Source: Myxococcota bacterium
Lineage (GTDB): Bacteria; Myxococcota_A; UBA796; UBA2385
Direction: 5' to 3'
DNA length: 64,000 nucleotides
Assembly: GCA_044344255.1 (NCBI GenBank)
Contig: JBIJDH010000018.1
Location: 1-64,000, forward strand
Shown: positions 47,803-58,120 of the stretch, piece after piece
Position numbering within the stretch: the stretch's first letter is position 1
How the letters are laid out: each line of letters begins with the position of its first letter
Program-made: the position numbers and the translations under genes
Notes under the pieces: model-generated
Told to the model about the DNA's origin: nothing
The model's database searches: none
What the model saw: the letters and a program-made list of their open reading frames with translations, nothing else

Positions 47803-49725
47803 GTGGAACCAGCAGACGATACAACCGGCGTAGAGATCGTCATCGAGGCGCAGCGTCCGCAGGACTCGGCGACGGACCGCAGGCTCGACCGCGCGGCGAT
47901 CGAAGCGCTCCCCGGCCGCTCGGCGGACGACATGCTGCGCGCCATGCCAGGGCTCCACCAGTCGGCCCACGGCGGCCACGGGAAGGCGTACCAGTACTTC
48001 CTCCGCGGCTTCGACGCGGTTCACGGCTCCGACATCGCCGTCTCGCTCGAGGGCGTGCCGCTCAACGAGGTCTCCAACGTCCACGGGCACGGCTACCTCG
48101 ACCTGCACTTCATCCCACCGGCCGTCGTGCGCGGGCTCACGCTCCGGCCGGGGACCTGGCGCGCGGACGCCGGCGACTTCGCCGTGGCGGGGTCCGCCGA
48201 CTTCTCGCTGGGCCTCGAAGAGCCCGGCGGCCAGGTCTGGATCGGGGGAGGGACCGACGTGAGCGGAGCCGCCACCCTCGCGTGGCGCCCGCAGAAGTCC
48301 AAGCCGGGCACCTTTCTGGTCGCGGACGTGGACCTCGGCCAGGGCGTCGGGGACGCTCGCTCCTGGCGGCAGCTCCGCGCCGGGGGCGGGTGGGAAGGTG
48401 AGCTCGGTGGCGTGCACGCACGCGGCTTCCTCCTCGCCTACGACGGCGTCTTCGAGTCGCCGGGCGTGCTTCGGGAGGACGACCTCGCGGCGGGAGAGGT
48501 GGAGTTCTACGACGCGTACCCGGCCGCGGGCGGGGGCGCGTCTCGCCGGGTCCTCGCGAGCGCGCTGGTTTCGGGTGGAGACCGCGTGCCCTGGCGCGCC
48601 ACGCTCTACGGCGGGTGGCGAGACCTGCGGCTGGTCCAGAACTACACAGGGTTCTACGGCGACGACGGGCACGGCGACGGCACCGCGCAGGCGCACCACG
48701 CGGGCCTGGCGGGTGGCCGGTTCGAGGCGGGTTGGGCGGGTCCGCTCGGCCTCGTCCTGAAGGGCGGGCTCGACGCGCGCGGCGACTTCTTCCGCCAGAC
48801 CGAGGAGGGCGTGCTCTCGGACGGCGCGGTGTGGGAGACCCCCATCGACGCGACCGCCCAACAGGGCGATGTCGGCGCCTGGATCGCGGCGCCGTGGTCG
48901 ATCGCGCCCTGGCTCCGGATCGAGCCCGGCCTGCGCGCCGAGCTCCTCCTCGTGCACCCCGAGGAAGGCGACCCGGGCGTCGCGTGGGCGCCCGTGCTCG
49001 CCCCCAAGGCCGCCGTCACCCTGTTCCCCCGCGGCCCCGTGACCGCGTTCGCCGCCTACGGCCGTGGCTTTCGCTCCCCGGAGGCCCGGGGAACTGAGCC
49101 CGGGGAGATCGCCCCCGTCGCCCTGTCAGACTCCGCCGAGCTCGGGACGCGGGCGCACCCGACCGACTGGTTGGAGCTGCGGGCGGCGGGGTTCGCGACG
49201 CTCATCTCCGACGAGATCGTGTTCGACCACGCCGCCGCGCGCTTCCTCGCGACGGGCAGCACACGCCGCGTCGGCTTCGACGGCGGCGTGACCGCCCACC
49301 CCATCGAGCCGCTGCGCGTGGAGGTCGACGTCACCTGGTCGGACGGTGTCTACGTCGCGACGGGCGAGCCCATCCCATACGCCCCGCGCCTCCTCGTGGT
49401 CGGCGGGGTCTACACGGACGACCTGCCCGTCGGCCCCCTCCACCTGACCGCCGGCGTGCGCGCGTGGCTCCTCGGCCCTCGCCCCCTGCCCGGCGGCTTC
49501 TCCAGTCACACCGCCGGCGTCGTGGATGTCACCGCGCGGGCAGATTGGAAGAAGTGGAGCCTGTCGCTCGATGTCGACAACGTGCTCGGCAGCCAGTGGC
49601 GCGACGGGGAGTTCGTCTTTCCGTCGCATTGGGACCTCGACGAAGCACGCAGCGAGCTGCCCGTGCGTCACTTCACAGCGGGGGCGCCGACGGTGGCGCG
49701 CCTCGCGATCGGACGGAGCTTCTGA
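47803..49725 (+). CDS. TonB-dependent receptor with His-rich plug (metal uptake inferred)
   Basis: LRAMPGL, HGGHGKAYQYFLRGFDAVHG, NVHGHGYLD, PGLRAE, YGRGFRSP, DNV, C-terminal Phe; no signal peptide visible. Confidence 0.8.
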   Translation: MEPADDTTGVEIVIEAQRPQDSATDRRLDRAAIEALPGRSADDMLRAMPGLHQSAHGGHGKAYQYFLRGFDAVHGSDIAVSLEGVPLNEVSNVHGHGYLDLHFIPPAVVRGLTLRPGTWRADAGDFAVAGSADFSLGLEEPGGQVWIGGGTDVSGAATLAWRPQKSKPGTFLVADVDLGQGVGDARSWRQLRAGGGWEGELGGVHARGFLLAYDGVFESPGVLREDDLAAGEVEFYDAYPAAGGGASRRVLASALVSGGDRVPWRATLYGGWRDLRLVQNYTGFYGDDGHGDGTAQAHHAGLAGGRFEAGWAGPLGLVLKGGLDARGDFFRQTEEGVLSDGAVWETPIDATAQQGDVGAWIAAPWSIAPWLRIEPGLRAELLLVHPEEGDPGVAWAPVLAPKAAVTLFPRGPVTAFAAYGRGFRSPEARGTEPGEIAPVALSDSAELGTRAHPTDWLELRAAGFATLISDEIVFDHAAARFLATGSTRRVGFDGGVTAHPIEPLRVEVDVTWSDGVYVATGEPIPYAPRLLVVGGVYTDDLPVGPLHLTAGVRAWLLGPRPLPGGFSSHTAGVVDVTARADWKKWSLSLDVDNVLGSQWRDGEFVFPSHWDLDEARSELPVRHFTAGAPTVARLAIGRSF

Positions 49726-50384
49726 TGCTGCTCACCCTGCTCCTGGCCTGCGGGACCACCGACCGCGCCCTGCTCACGGTGCCCGTGACGTTCAAGGGCG
49801 CCACCGCCGACGTTGCGCCCGTCGACGGCGTCGCCGTCACCCTCACGGAGGCGTCCGTGACCGTCTTCGACGTGCGGATGGAGGGCCTCGCGCAGACGGC
49901 GTGGCGCTGGTCCCCCATCCCGAGCGCGCAGGCACACCCCGGGCACGACTTCGCGGGCGACCTGGCGGGCGAGCTCACGGGGACGTGGACCCTCGATCTG
50001 CTCGGCGGCGACGCTCTCCTCGGGGACGCCTCCTGCTACGAAGGCGAGTACGCGACCGGGCGGATCTCGCTGCTGGCGGACCCCGTCTCCGTGCTCGCCG
50101 GTACCGCGACCGTGGACGGCGTGGCCACCCCGTTCCGCTTCGAGCTCGCGCCCGCTCAGGAGATCACCGGCCTCTCCTTCGAGACCACGATGGCGGCCGC
50201 TGCGCCGCCGTCCGGAATCTCCCTGTCCGTCGACCTTGCCCACGCCCTCTCGTTCGCCGACTGGCGGACGGTCGACGCGGACGGAGACGGCACGCTCACC
50301 ACCGCCGACGGCACCCTCGCGAACACCGTGCTCTTCGGCATCGTCGCCACGCCCACCTGGACCCTCACCCCGGAGCCCTCATGA
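49725..50384 (+). CDS. Lipoprotein with AHPGH motif
   Basis: MLLTLLLAC; SAQAHPGHD; EF-hand-like DADGDG; TGATG coupling. Confidence 0.7.
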   Translation: MLLTLLLACGTTDRALLTVPVTFKGATADVAPVDGVAVTLTEASVTVFDVRMEGLAQTAWRWSPIPSAQAHPGHDFAGDLAGELTGTWTLDLLGGDALLGDASCYEGEYATGRISLLADPVSVLAGTATVDGVATPFRFELAPAQEITGLSFETTMAAAAPPSGISLSVDLAHALSFADWRTVDADGDGTLTTADGTLANTVLFGIVATPTWTLTPEPS

Positions 50385-51106
50385 CCCTCTTCTCCCTTCT
50401 CCCCCTCCTCGTCGCCTGCGGCGGCGGCACCTGGACCGTCAACACCTGGGGCGAGGAGTACATCGAAGACACGATGCCCGCCGAGATCTTCGAGGATGGC
50501 TGCTCCGTCACCTACGACAGCTTCGAGATCGCGATGAGTGGCGTCGCGCTGCTCGACGGCGACGGCACTGAGGTGGGCGTGGTCGACGGCGAGCAGGTGT
50601 TCGACCTCACCGCCGCCGGCCCCCACGACGTCGGCTCCGCGGAGGTGTCCGCCACCCACTACGCCAACGCCCGCTACGTGATCGCGCCGTCCGAAGAGCT
50701 TGGCGGCAGCTCCGTCGTCGCGGCAGGCACCCTCACCTGCGGCGCCGAATCGGTGACGTTCGACTGGGCGTTCGACACCGACACCACCTACGAGTGCGAG
50801 CCGGCCGACCTCACCATCCCCGCCGGGGGCGAGGACAGCACCGAGTACACCATCCACGGCGACCACCTCTTCTACGACGGGCTGGAGAACGAGGACGCCG
50901 TGGTCCGCGGGCAGGCGATCGCGGACGCGGACGGCGATGCCGATGGCGTGGTCACCCTCGCGGAGCTCGAGGCCGTGTCCGTCGCGACGCTCGGCTACGA
51001 GGTGGGCCAATACAGCGAGGTGACGAACCTCGCGCAGTTCGTGCGCTTCCTGACCCAGACGCTCGGCCATGTCGACGGCGAGGGGCACTGCCAGGTGGAC
51101 CTGTAG
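50381..51106 (+). CDS. Putative metal-binding lipoprotein
   Basis: LVAC lipobox; WGEEYIE, TIHGDHLFYD, DADGDADG, GHVDGEGHC. Confidence 0.7.
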   Translation: MTLFSLLPLLVACGGGTWTVNTWGEEYIEDTMPAEIFEDGCSVTYDSFEIAMSGVALLDGDGTEVGVVDGEQVFDLTAAGPHDVGSAEVSATHYANARYVIAPSEELGGSSVVAAGTLTCGAESVTFDWAFDTDTTYECEPADLTIPAGGEDSTEYTIHGDHLFYDGLENEDAVVRGQAIADADGDADGVVTLAELEAVSVATLGYEVGQYSEVTNLAQFVRFLTQTLGHVDGEGHCQVDL

Positions 51107-51107
51107 C

Positions 51108-51869
51108 GTGCTGCTGCTCGCTTCCATCGCGTTCGCGCACGACCTCTGGCTCTCGCCGGCCACGCTCACCCCACCGCGTGGCCCCGCGCCCGCCGTCGTT
51201 TTGCGGCTGGGCGAGGACCTCGTGGTGGAGGAGGAGCGGCCCCTCGAGGCCGTGAAGGCCACGCGCTGGGTGCATGCGTGGAAGGGTCGCCGCGAGGAGC
51301 TGCTACGGGACGGAGTCCTCACCCAAATCGGCACGCTCGGGCGCGGGTGGCACGTCCTTGCCATGGATCGCACCCCGGCGCTCCTGGAGCTGCCCGCCGA
51401 CCGCTTCCGCGCCTACCTCGCGGAGGAGGGGCTCACGGACGTCGTGGCGCGCCGGGACGAGCTCGGCGAGGGCGAGGCTCCCGGCCGAGAGCGCTACCGA
51501 CGCTGCCTCAAGGCGCTCGTCCGCGTCGGTGAAGCGCCCTCAGCGGGTTGGGACAGCCGTCTCGGCCAGCCGCTGGAGCTCGTCGCAGCGGATCCGCCGG
51601 CGTCCGTGGAGGCCGGCGCCGACTGGCGCGTCCGCGTGTGGTTCCAGGACGCGCCGCTCCGTGGCGCGCGGCTGCGCCTCACTGTCAACGGCGCGGCGGG
51701 GCCGCGAAGCGTCGACGCCACCTCGGACGCAGAGGGCTACGCCACGTTCGTCGCGCCCGGGGCCGGCGACGCGCTGGTCACCATGGTCCATATGCAACGC
51801 GCGCAACCGGGCGACACGGTGGAGTGGGAGAGCTGGTGGGGGGCACTGTCGCTCCCGCTCGGGCGCTGA
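51108..51869 (+). CDS. DUF4198 domain protein (metal transport associated)
   Basis: AFA-HDLWL N-terminal His, FRAYLAEEGL, ERYRRCLKAL, GQPLEL, SDAEG, WESWW. Confidence 0.75.
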   Translation: MLLLASIAFAHDLWLSPATLTPPRGPAPAVVLRLGEDLVVEEERPLEAVKATRWVHAWKGRREELLRDGVLTQIGTLGRGWHVLAMDRTPALLELPADRFRAYLAEEGLTDVVARRDELGEGEAPGRERYRRCLKALVRVGEAPSAGWDSRLGQPLELVAADPPASVEAGADWRVRVWFQDAPLRGARLRLTVNGAAGPRSVDATSDAEGYATFVAPGAGDALVTMVHMQRAQPGDTVEWESWWGALSLPLGR

Positions 51870-51995
51870 GACATCGACGATGGAGTACGCGCGCCCGCTC
51901 GTCGCGCAGGAGCGCGGAACATCTCCGGCGCGCGCGCAGGCGCGGAGCGGATCGCCGCCGGTCCCGGATTACACAGTGAACCTTTGGAAGGCACG

Positions 51996-52766
51996 ATGAC
52001 GGAGCAATACGCACAAGCGGCGACCGGACGGTGGATGGACGAGGCCGGCGTGGTGCCGGGGATGCGCGTGCTCGACGTCGGCTGCGGGCCCGGCGCCGTG
52101 ACCGCGTTGCTGCTGGAGCGAGTGGGTCCTGAGGGCCGGGTGGTCGGCATCGACCGGGCGCCCCCGCTCCTCGAGCTCGCCGCGGCCCGCAACCCGGACC
52201 CGCGCGCGACCTTCGTTCGCGCCGACCTGGACGCCGCGCTCCCTGAGCTTGGCGCGTTCGACGCCGTGGTCGGCCGGCGCGTCCTGATGTACCTGAAAGA
52301 CCCGGCGGCGACGCTCGCCCGGATGGTGGCGCTCGTCCGCCCTGGCGGCGTGGTGCTCTTCCAGGAGCTCGTGATCGACACCGCGCCGACGGGGCTCCGC
52401 CTCCACGATGCGCTGCGGGACGCGCTCGTCGGCATGCTCGCGCACGAGTCCGCGTCCTGGACCCTGGGGCGCGCGCTGCCCGGGATCTTTCGGCGCGCGG
52501 GGTTGCCTGCTCCGGTGTTGCGCGCCGAGATCGGCGTGGCCGCTCCGGGACAGCCAGACACGCTCGCCGCCCGCGTGGGGATGATGAAGGAGCGCCTCGC
52601 CGCGGGCGGGGCCTCGCCGGAGCTGCTGGACACCGACACCCTGGGCGCGCGCCTGCACGCGGAGCGGGAGGAGGCCGGCGTGGCGTGGCTGGCGGAGGCG
52701 GCGGTCGTCGCGTGGACCCGGGTTGGCGAGCGTCCAGCCGACACCGCCGGTCAGCGCCACCCGTAG
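51996..52766 (+). CDS. Class I SAM-dependent methyltransferase
   Basis: RVLDVGCGPG, VVGID, FDAVVGRRVLMY, VRPGG. Confidence 0.85.
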   Translation: MTEQYAQAATGRWMDEAGVVPGMRVLDVGCGPGAVTALLLERVGPEGRVVGIDRAPPLLELAAARNPDPRATFVRADLDAALPELGAFDAVVGRRVLMYLKDPAATLARMVALVRPGGVVLFQELVIDTAPTGLRLHDALRDALVGMLAHESASWTLGRALPGIFRRAGLPAPVLRAEIGVAAPGQPDTLAARVGMMKERLAAGGASPELLDTDTLGARLHAEREEAGVAWLAEAAVVAWTRVGERPADTAGQRHP

Positions 52767-52769
52767 GTC

Positions 52770-53420
52770 GATGCCGGGGGGCCGTCCTTCGACGCCCGCG
52801 CCGACCTCGTGGTCGGGCGCGCCCGCGTCGACGCGGAGCGGATCGACTTCTTCAGCCTCCGGCTCGGCGGTGGCTTCCACTTCGAAGACGCCGAGGACCG
52901 GGCCGGCATCGCTGGACGAACGCCCACGGGCTTCGAGTTCTGGCGCTCGCCGACCGTCGCGGGGACCGTGTGGATTGCCGAGGGGCATGGCGTCGTGCTG
53001 GTCGGTCCTGTGCAGGTCACCATCGAGGGCGCCGCGGCGTCGGGGGGCGCTCCGAGGACACGGACGGCAACCCCGACACCCCGCGCGCCGAGCTGGATCC
53101 GGTTCAGTCGTGGGGGACGTCTGGAGAGGTGGCCTGGATGGTGACCGGGCAGCATCGGCGGCCGGGGGCGTGCCCGGTCGCCGGCGAGAAGATCGGCGTC
53201 GAGGTCGCGGGGGGCGGCGAGCGACTCTCGCTCGGTGGCGGCGCCTCGGGCGGCGAACTCGCCGTGCGGGTGTGGCACCCGATCGGGCTCGGCGGCGGCG
53301 TATCCGGCGGCTGGTTCCTCTACGACACCGTCCCGCTGGAGGAGCCCGAGGCGACGTCGTCATGGCATGTCGCGGCCCGCGTCACCGCCCGGTGGTTGTG
53401 GAGGGGTGATGGCCGGAGAG
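52770..53420 (+). pseudogene. Fragmented outer-membrane beta-barrel-like gene
   Basis: Amphipathic beta-strand-like peptides spread over different frames; C-terminal piece duplicated at 61885-62002. Confidence 0.4.
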
Positions 53421-53498
53421 GAGCGGGACGGCGGTCTGGCCCCGCACGCGCCTGCGCCGACCTGGTCATTGCCTCGCTGCAGGCCGTCCCGAGCCCCC

Positions 53499-54329
53499 TC
53501 ACCACGTCCGCCCCCCGTGCCCCTCCCCATGGCACGAGCCCTCGCATTGCCGCGTCGGCAACCAGTCCATCCCCTCGGGGAGCGCGACGTCGGCGATGCC
53601 GTCGACGTGCCGCGCCGCGTCGGCGAGCGCGCCGGAGGCGTCCAGCGTGGCCGAGTGACACTCCGCGCACGCGAGCCCCTCGTCCAGGTGCCGCTTGTGA
53701 TCTCCGCTCATCCCGGCCCAGGCCGCGCCTTCGCTCTCCGCGGAGGCGTGGCAGTCGTCGCACGCGGCGAAGGTCTGCCCGACCGCCGCGGTGCCGTCGT
53801 TCCCCTGGCCGTTCCCGTGGCAGTACAGGTTGGAGCAGGTCCCGGACCCGGCGTACACCGCCGCCGGTGAGATCCCACCGGCAAAGGCGACCTCAGCGAC
53901 CGAGGGCGTCGCGTCCCCGTGGAACACGTGCCCCTCCGAGAGGGCATCGGCTGGGCGGGTGTGACATTGGACGCAGTCGTACGCCCCATGCAGGTTGGTG
54001 GTCACGTGCGCGGTGTGCGCCGCGAAGCTGATGTCGGCGTCGGCGCCGTCGATGTCTCGCGGAGGCGCGCCGGATGGCTCGTTGGTGCCGCCGTGGCAGA
54101 ACGTGCAGTCGGTGCGCCATCCCACGGGGTGACACGTGTCACAGGAGACAGCGGCCCCTTCCCCGGAAAGATCGGCGCCGTGGCAGTCCACGCAGACTTC
54201 CGCCTGGCTCTTGGCCGCGACACCGTGGACGGTCGGCGCCGCGAACCCGTCCGGATGGTGAGCGGCCGTCGCGGTGTCCTTTCCCGTGGGCGAGCAGGCG
54301 ACGAGGGTGGCGAGGAGGAGGGCGGTCAC
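53499..54329 (-). CDS. Multiheme cytochrome c lipoprotein (CxxxxCH/CxxCH type), about 8 hemes
   Basis: CVDCH, CDTCH, CTFCH, CVQCH, CSNLYCH, CDDCH, CAECH, CEGSCH; lipobox LVAC. Confidence 0.85.
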   Translation of the reverse strand: MTALLLATLVACSPTGKDTATAAHHPDGFAAPTVHGVAAKSQAEVCVDCHGADLSGEGAAVSCDTCHPVGWRTDCTFCHGGTNEPSGAPPRDIDGADADISFAAHTAHVTTNLHGAYDCVQCHTRPADALSEGHVFHGDATPSVAEVAFAGGISPAAVYAGSGTCSNLYCHGNGQGNDGTAAVGQTFAACDDCHASAESEGAAWAGMSGDHKRHLDEGLACAECHSATLDASGALADAARHVDGIADVALPEGMDWLPTRQCEGSCHGEGHGGRTW

Positions 54330-54370
54330 GCCGTGTCCGTTACCCCGCCACCGTGCGCGTCGGCGCCGAG

Positions 54371-54387
54371 TGCGACAACTTGCCGCA
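54371..54387. promoter_or_regulatory. RegA/RegR-type box in divergent promoter
   Basis: TGCGACAACTTGCCGCA = GCGGC-N5-GTCGC on the minus strand; 16/17 identical to the 61831 site. Confidence 0.7.
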
Positions 54388-54441
54388 TTGCGTTGATCCT
54401 CCGCTCGCCGCTATCCGTACGACCCACTGTACGAGGAGCCC

Positions 54442-55341
54442 ATGGCACCGCCCACCTCCCTCCGCGCCCTTGCCATCGCCGCCTTCGCCACCTTCGGCGC
54501 AGGCTGTACCGGCCACGATCACGACGACACCGCCCACGCCGATGACACCGCGCACGAGGCGGACACCGACACCGATACGGACGCCGACACCGATACGGAC
54601 ACCGACACCGACGTTGTCGACCCCCTGACCACGGACGACGACCTCGACGGCGTGAGCGAGAACGACGGCGACTGCAACGATCGCAACGACGCCGTCTACC
54701 CCGGCGCGCGCGAGCGCAGCTTTGACGGCGTCGACTCCGACTGTGACGGCGCCGAGCTCCCCGCCGGCGGTTCGGACCGCTACGCCGAGGCGCTCCCCCT
54801 CCTCGACACCGACGAGGACGGCGCGGTCTCCTTCGAGGAGTTCGACGCGGCGTGCACCGCCTCGGCGATGGTGCTCGGGGAGGCGAATCCGGGCGTGGTC
54901 CAGACCCACGTGAGCTGCGGCGGCACCAACAGCTGCCGGGGCATGGTCCTGCACCCGTGGAACGAGCTCTACGAGCACGACTGTCGCGGCGTGAACGGCT
55001 GCGCCGGGTGGAGCTGCGTCGAGACGGTGGACGGTGCGGGGCGGGACGGCGCCACCGTCTACACCGAAGCCACGTGCGACTGGTGCCATGGCGGAGAGGG
55101 CACCTTCCTCGTCCACACGCCGGCCGGGGAGGACCCGGAGAGCTGGATCGCCACCTTCTTCGACCGCACCGACACGGAGTTCCGCTCCGCGATCGCCTTC
55201 GGGATGGACGGGATCGACTCCGATGGCGTGGCCACGCGCGACATGCCCGGCTTCCACGAGCGGATCTCCCGGGCCGAGATGGACGCGGTGATCGCGTACA
55301 TCCGCACGCTCCCGGTCGCGGCCCCGCCCGAAGAAGAGTGA
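54442..55341 (+). CDS. Putative MNIO substrate: lipoprotein with bufferin-like Cys repeats fused to cytochrome c
   Basis: Lipobox GAGC; His/Asp tract; DT linker; MopE-like repeat; EF-hand DTDEDGAVSFEEF; CGGTNSCRG and CRGVNGCAG; CDWCH...MPGF...VIAYIRTL. Confidence 0.7.
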   Translation: MAPPTSLRALAIAAFATFGAGCTGHDHDDTAHADDTAHEADTDTDTDADTDTDTDTDVVDPLTTDDDLDGVSENDGDCNDRNDAVYPGARERSFDGVDSDCDGAELPAGGSDRYAEALPLLDTDEDGAVSFEEFDAACTASAMVLGEANPGVVQTHVSCGGTNSCRGMVLHPWNELYEHDCRGVNGCAGWSCVETVDGAGRDGATVYTEATCDWCHGGEGTFLVHTPAGEDPESWIATFFDRTDTEFRSAIAFGMDGIDSDGVATRDMPGFHERISRAEMDAVIAYIRTLPVAAPPEEE

Positions 55342-56150
55342 GCATCGCGCGCGACGCCCTGGGCATCGGCCTGAGGCGCCCGCACGTGGACGCCCTCCTC
55401 GCCGAGCACGCGCCCATCGGCTTCCTCGAGGTGATCGCCGAGAACCACCTCGACGCGGGCTCCCTTCCGCGGGCGCGCCTCGACGAGATCGCGGCGCGCT
55501 ACCCCGTCGTCGGGCACGGCGTCGCGCTGAACCTCGTGGGCGCGGAGCCGCTCGACCTCGTGCACCTGGAGCGCGTTCGGGAGTTGGTGCGGGCCTACGG
55601 GATGCCCTGGTTCAGCGACCACCTCTGCTGGTCGGCCTCCGGCGGGCACCGTCACCACGACCTGTTGCCCGCACCCTACGATCCCGAGCTGGTGCCCTAC
55701 GTGGCCGCCCGCGCGCGCTTCGTGCAGGACTTCCTCGGCGTGCCGTTCGGCATCGAGAACCTCTCGTCCTACGTCGCCTGGGGCCGCGACCGGATGCCGG
55801 AGTGGGAGTTCTATCGGCGAGTCGTGGACGCGTCGGATTGCTGGTACATGCTCGATCTGAACAACATGTATGTGTCGAGCGTGAACCACGGCTTCGACCC
55901 CATGGACTACCTTGCCTCCGTGCGGTGGGACCGGGTGCTCCAAGTGCACATGGCGGGGCACCTCGTGCGGCCCGACGGGCTCCGGCACGACACGCACGAC
56001 CGTCCCGTCTGCGCCGAGGTCTGGGCGCTGTACCGCGAGGCGTGGGCGCTGGGCGGGCCGTTCCCGACGCTGCTGGAGTGGGACGACCAGGTGCCGCCGC
56101 TGCCCGAGGTGCTCGCCGAGGTCGCCAAGGCGGCGAGCGTGCGCACGTGA
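55338..56150 (+). CDS. DUF692 family multinuclear non-heme iron oxidative enzyme (MNIO)
   Basis: GIGLR, LEVIAEN, HGV, SDHLCW, DLLP.PY, IENLSSY, LDLNN, HMAGH, DTHD, LLEWD; GTGA overlap. Confidence 0.9.
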   Translation: MSIARDALGIGLRRPHVDALLAEHAPIGFLEVIAENHLDAGSLPRARLDEIAARYPVVGHGVALNLVGAEPLDLVHLERVRELVRAYGMPWFSDHLCWSASGGHRHHDLLPAPYDPELVPYVAARARFVQDFLGVPFGIENLSSYVAWGRDRMPEWEFYRRVVDASDCWYMLDLNNMYVSSVNHGFDPMDYLASVRWDRVLQVHMAGHLVRPDGLRHDTHDRPVCAEVWALYREAWALGGPFPTLLEWDDQVPPLPEVLAEVAKAASVRT

Positions 56151-57067
56151 CGTCGCTTCCGCCGCCGCCCCCGTGGCTCGCGCCGCTCCAGGAGGCGTTC
56201 GGCGCGCTGCTGGAGACGCCGCTCGACGCGACGGGCGGCACCCTGCGCTCCTCTGCCGACGCGCCGGCGCTCACGGCGGCGCTGGCGGACCCGGCCACGG
56301 CGCGGGCGCGCCTCGCGCTCTACCACGAGCAGTACTGGATGCGCCTCTACGGCTCGCTCCACGCGGAGCTGCCGCGGTTCGCGCAGGTCGTCGGGTATTG
56401 GCGCTTCAATGGGCTCGCCACGCTCCACCTCCGTGAGGCGCCGCCCACGCGCGTGGACCTCGCGCGCTGCGGAGACGGCCTCGCCGCGCGGCTCCTCGCC
56501 GGGATCGATCGCGTCGCCGCCACGGCCCCGCCGCCCGGCACCCCCGACACCCGGCCGATCGGACTGCTGGTCACAGTCGCGGGCCCCTGGGAAGCCGCGC
56601 TGCGATCGGTGTCGGCGCCCGTCGACCTCGCCCGGCAGGCGCTTCGAATGGACGAGGCGGCGCGCCGCGCCCTCGCCTCCCCGTTCGCGGGCGTGTGGCG
56701 GCCGTCCGGCGCCGACGCCGCCTCGCTCCCCGAGCGGCGGCTGCGCTTCGCGCCGTCGTTCCGCCTCCTGCGGGAGGACTGGGCCCTCGCCGAACGCGCC
56801 GTGCCATCGGACCCGCCCGCGCCCTTCGCGCGCCACGCCGAGCCGTGGTTCTGGGTGTCGTTCCGCGCCGAGCGCACGACCGCCCTGGCGCGGGTCGAGC
56901 CGGGCTTCGCGCGACTCCTGGCGCTGGCTGCGGAGCGGCCGTTCGGCGAGGCGATCGACGCGCTCGCGCAAGGCCGCGACCCGACGGAGACGGCGGCGTT
57001 GGGCGCGGCGCTCCCCGGTTGGATCGAGCGCGCGTTGACCTCCGGATGGTGGATCGGGGCGCGGTGA
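56147..57067 (+). CDS. DUF2063-like MNIO partner protein
   Basis: LQEAFG, RLALYHEQYWMRL, LPRF..VVG...F; coupled to the DUF692 gene. Confidence 0.75.
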   Translation: MTSLPPPPPWLAPLQEAFGALLETPLDATGGTLRSSADAPALTAALADPATARARLALYHEQYWMRLYGSLHAELPRFAQVVGYWRFNGLATLHLREAPPTRVDLARCGDGLAARLLAGIDRVAATAPPPGTPDTRPIGLLVTVAGPWEAALRSVSAPVDLARQALRMDEAARRALASPFAGVWRPSGADAASLPERRLRFAPSFRLLREDWALAERAVPSDPPAPFARHAEPWFWVSFRAERTTALARVEPGFARLLALAAERPFGEAIDALAQGRDPTETAALGAALPGWIERALTSGWWIGAR

Positions 57068-57222
57068 GCGGGGATGTCGGACCCGGAGGAGGGCGCCAGA
57101 GAGCGTCGGTGCCCCTGCGGGCGGCGGTCGGCGCCCGCGGCTCACGCCGCGGCCATCGACGGTGCCCCGGAGGAGGGTGCGGCCGCGCTCGGCGGGGGCT
57201 ACCCTGGTCCCGAGGAGCCCTG

Positions 57223-58041
<819 letters not shown>

Positions 58042-58120
58042 AGCAGGCTGGCGTCGCGCCTCGTCGAGCCGCTTGCCACGGGCGTCGTAGGCCCGCAGCT
58101 CCAACGTTAGGAAGCTCCCC

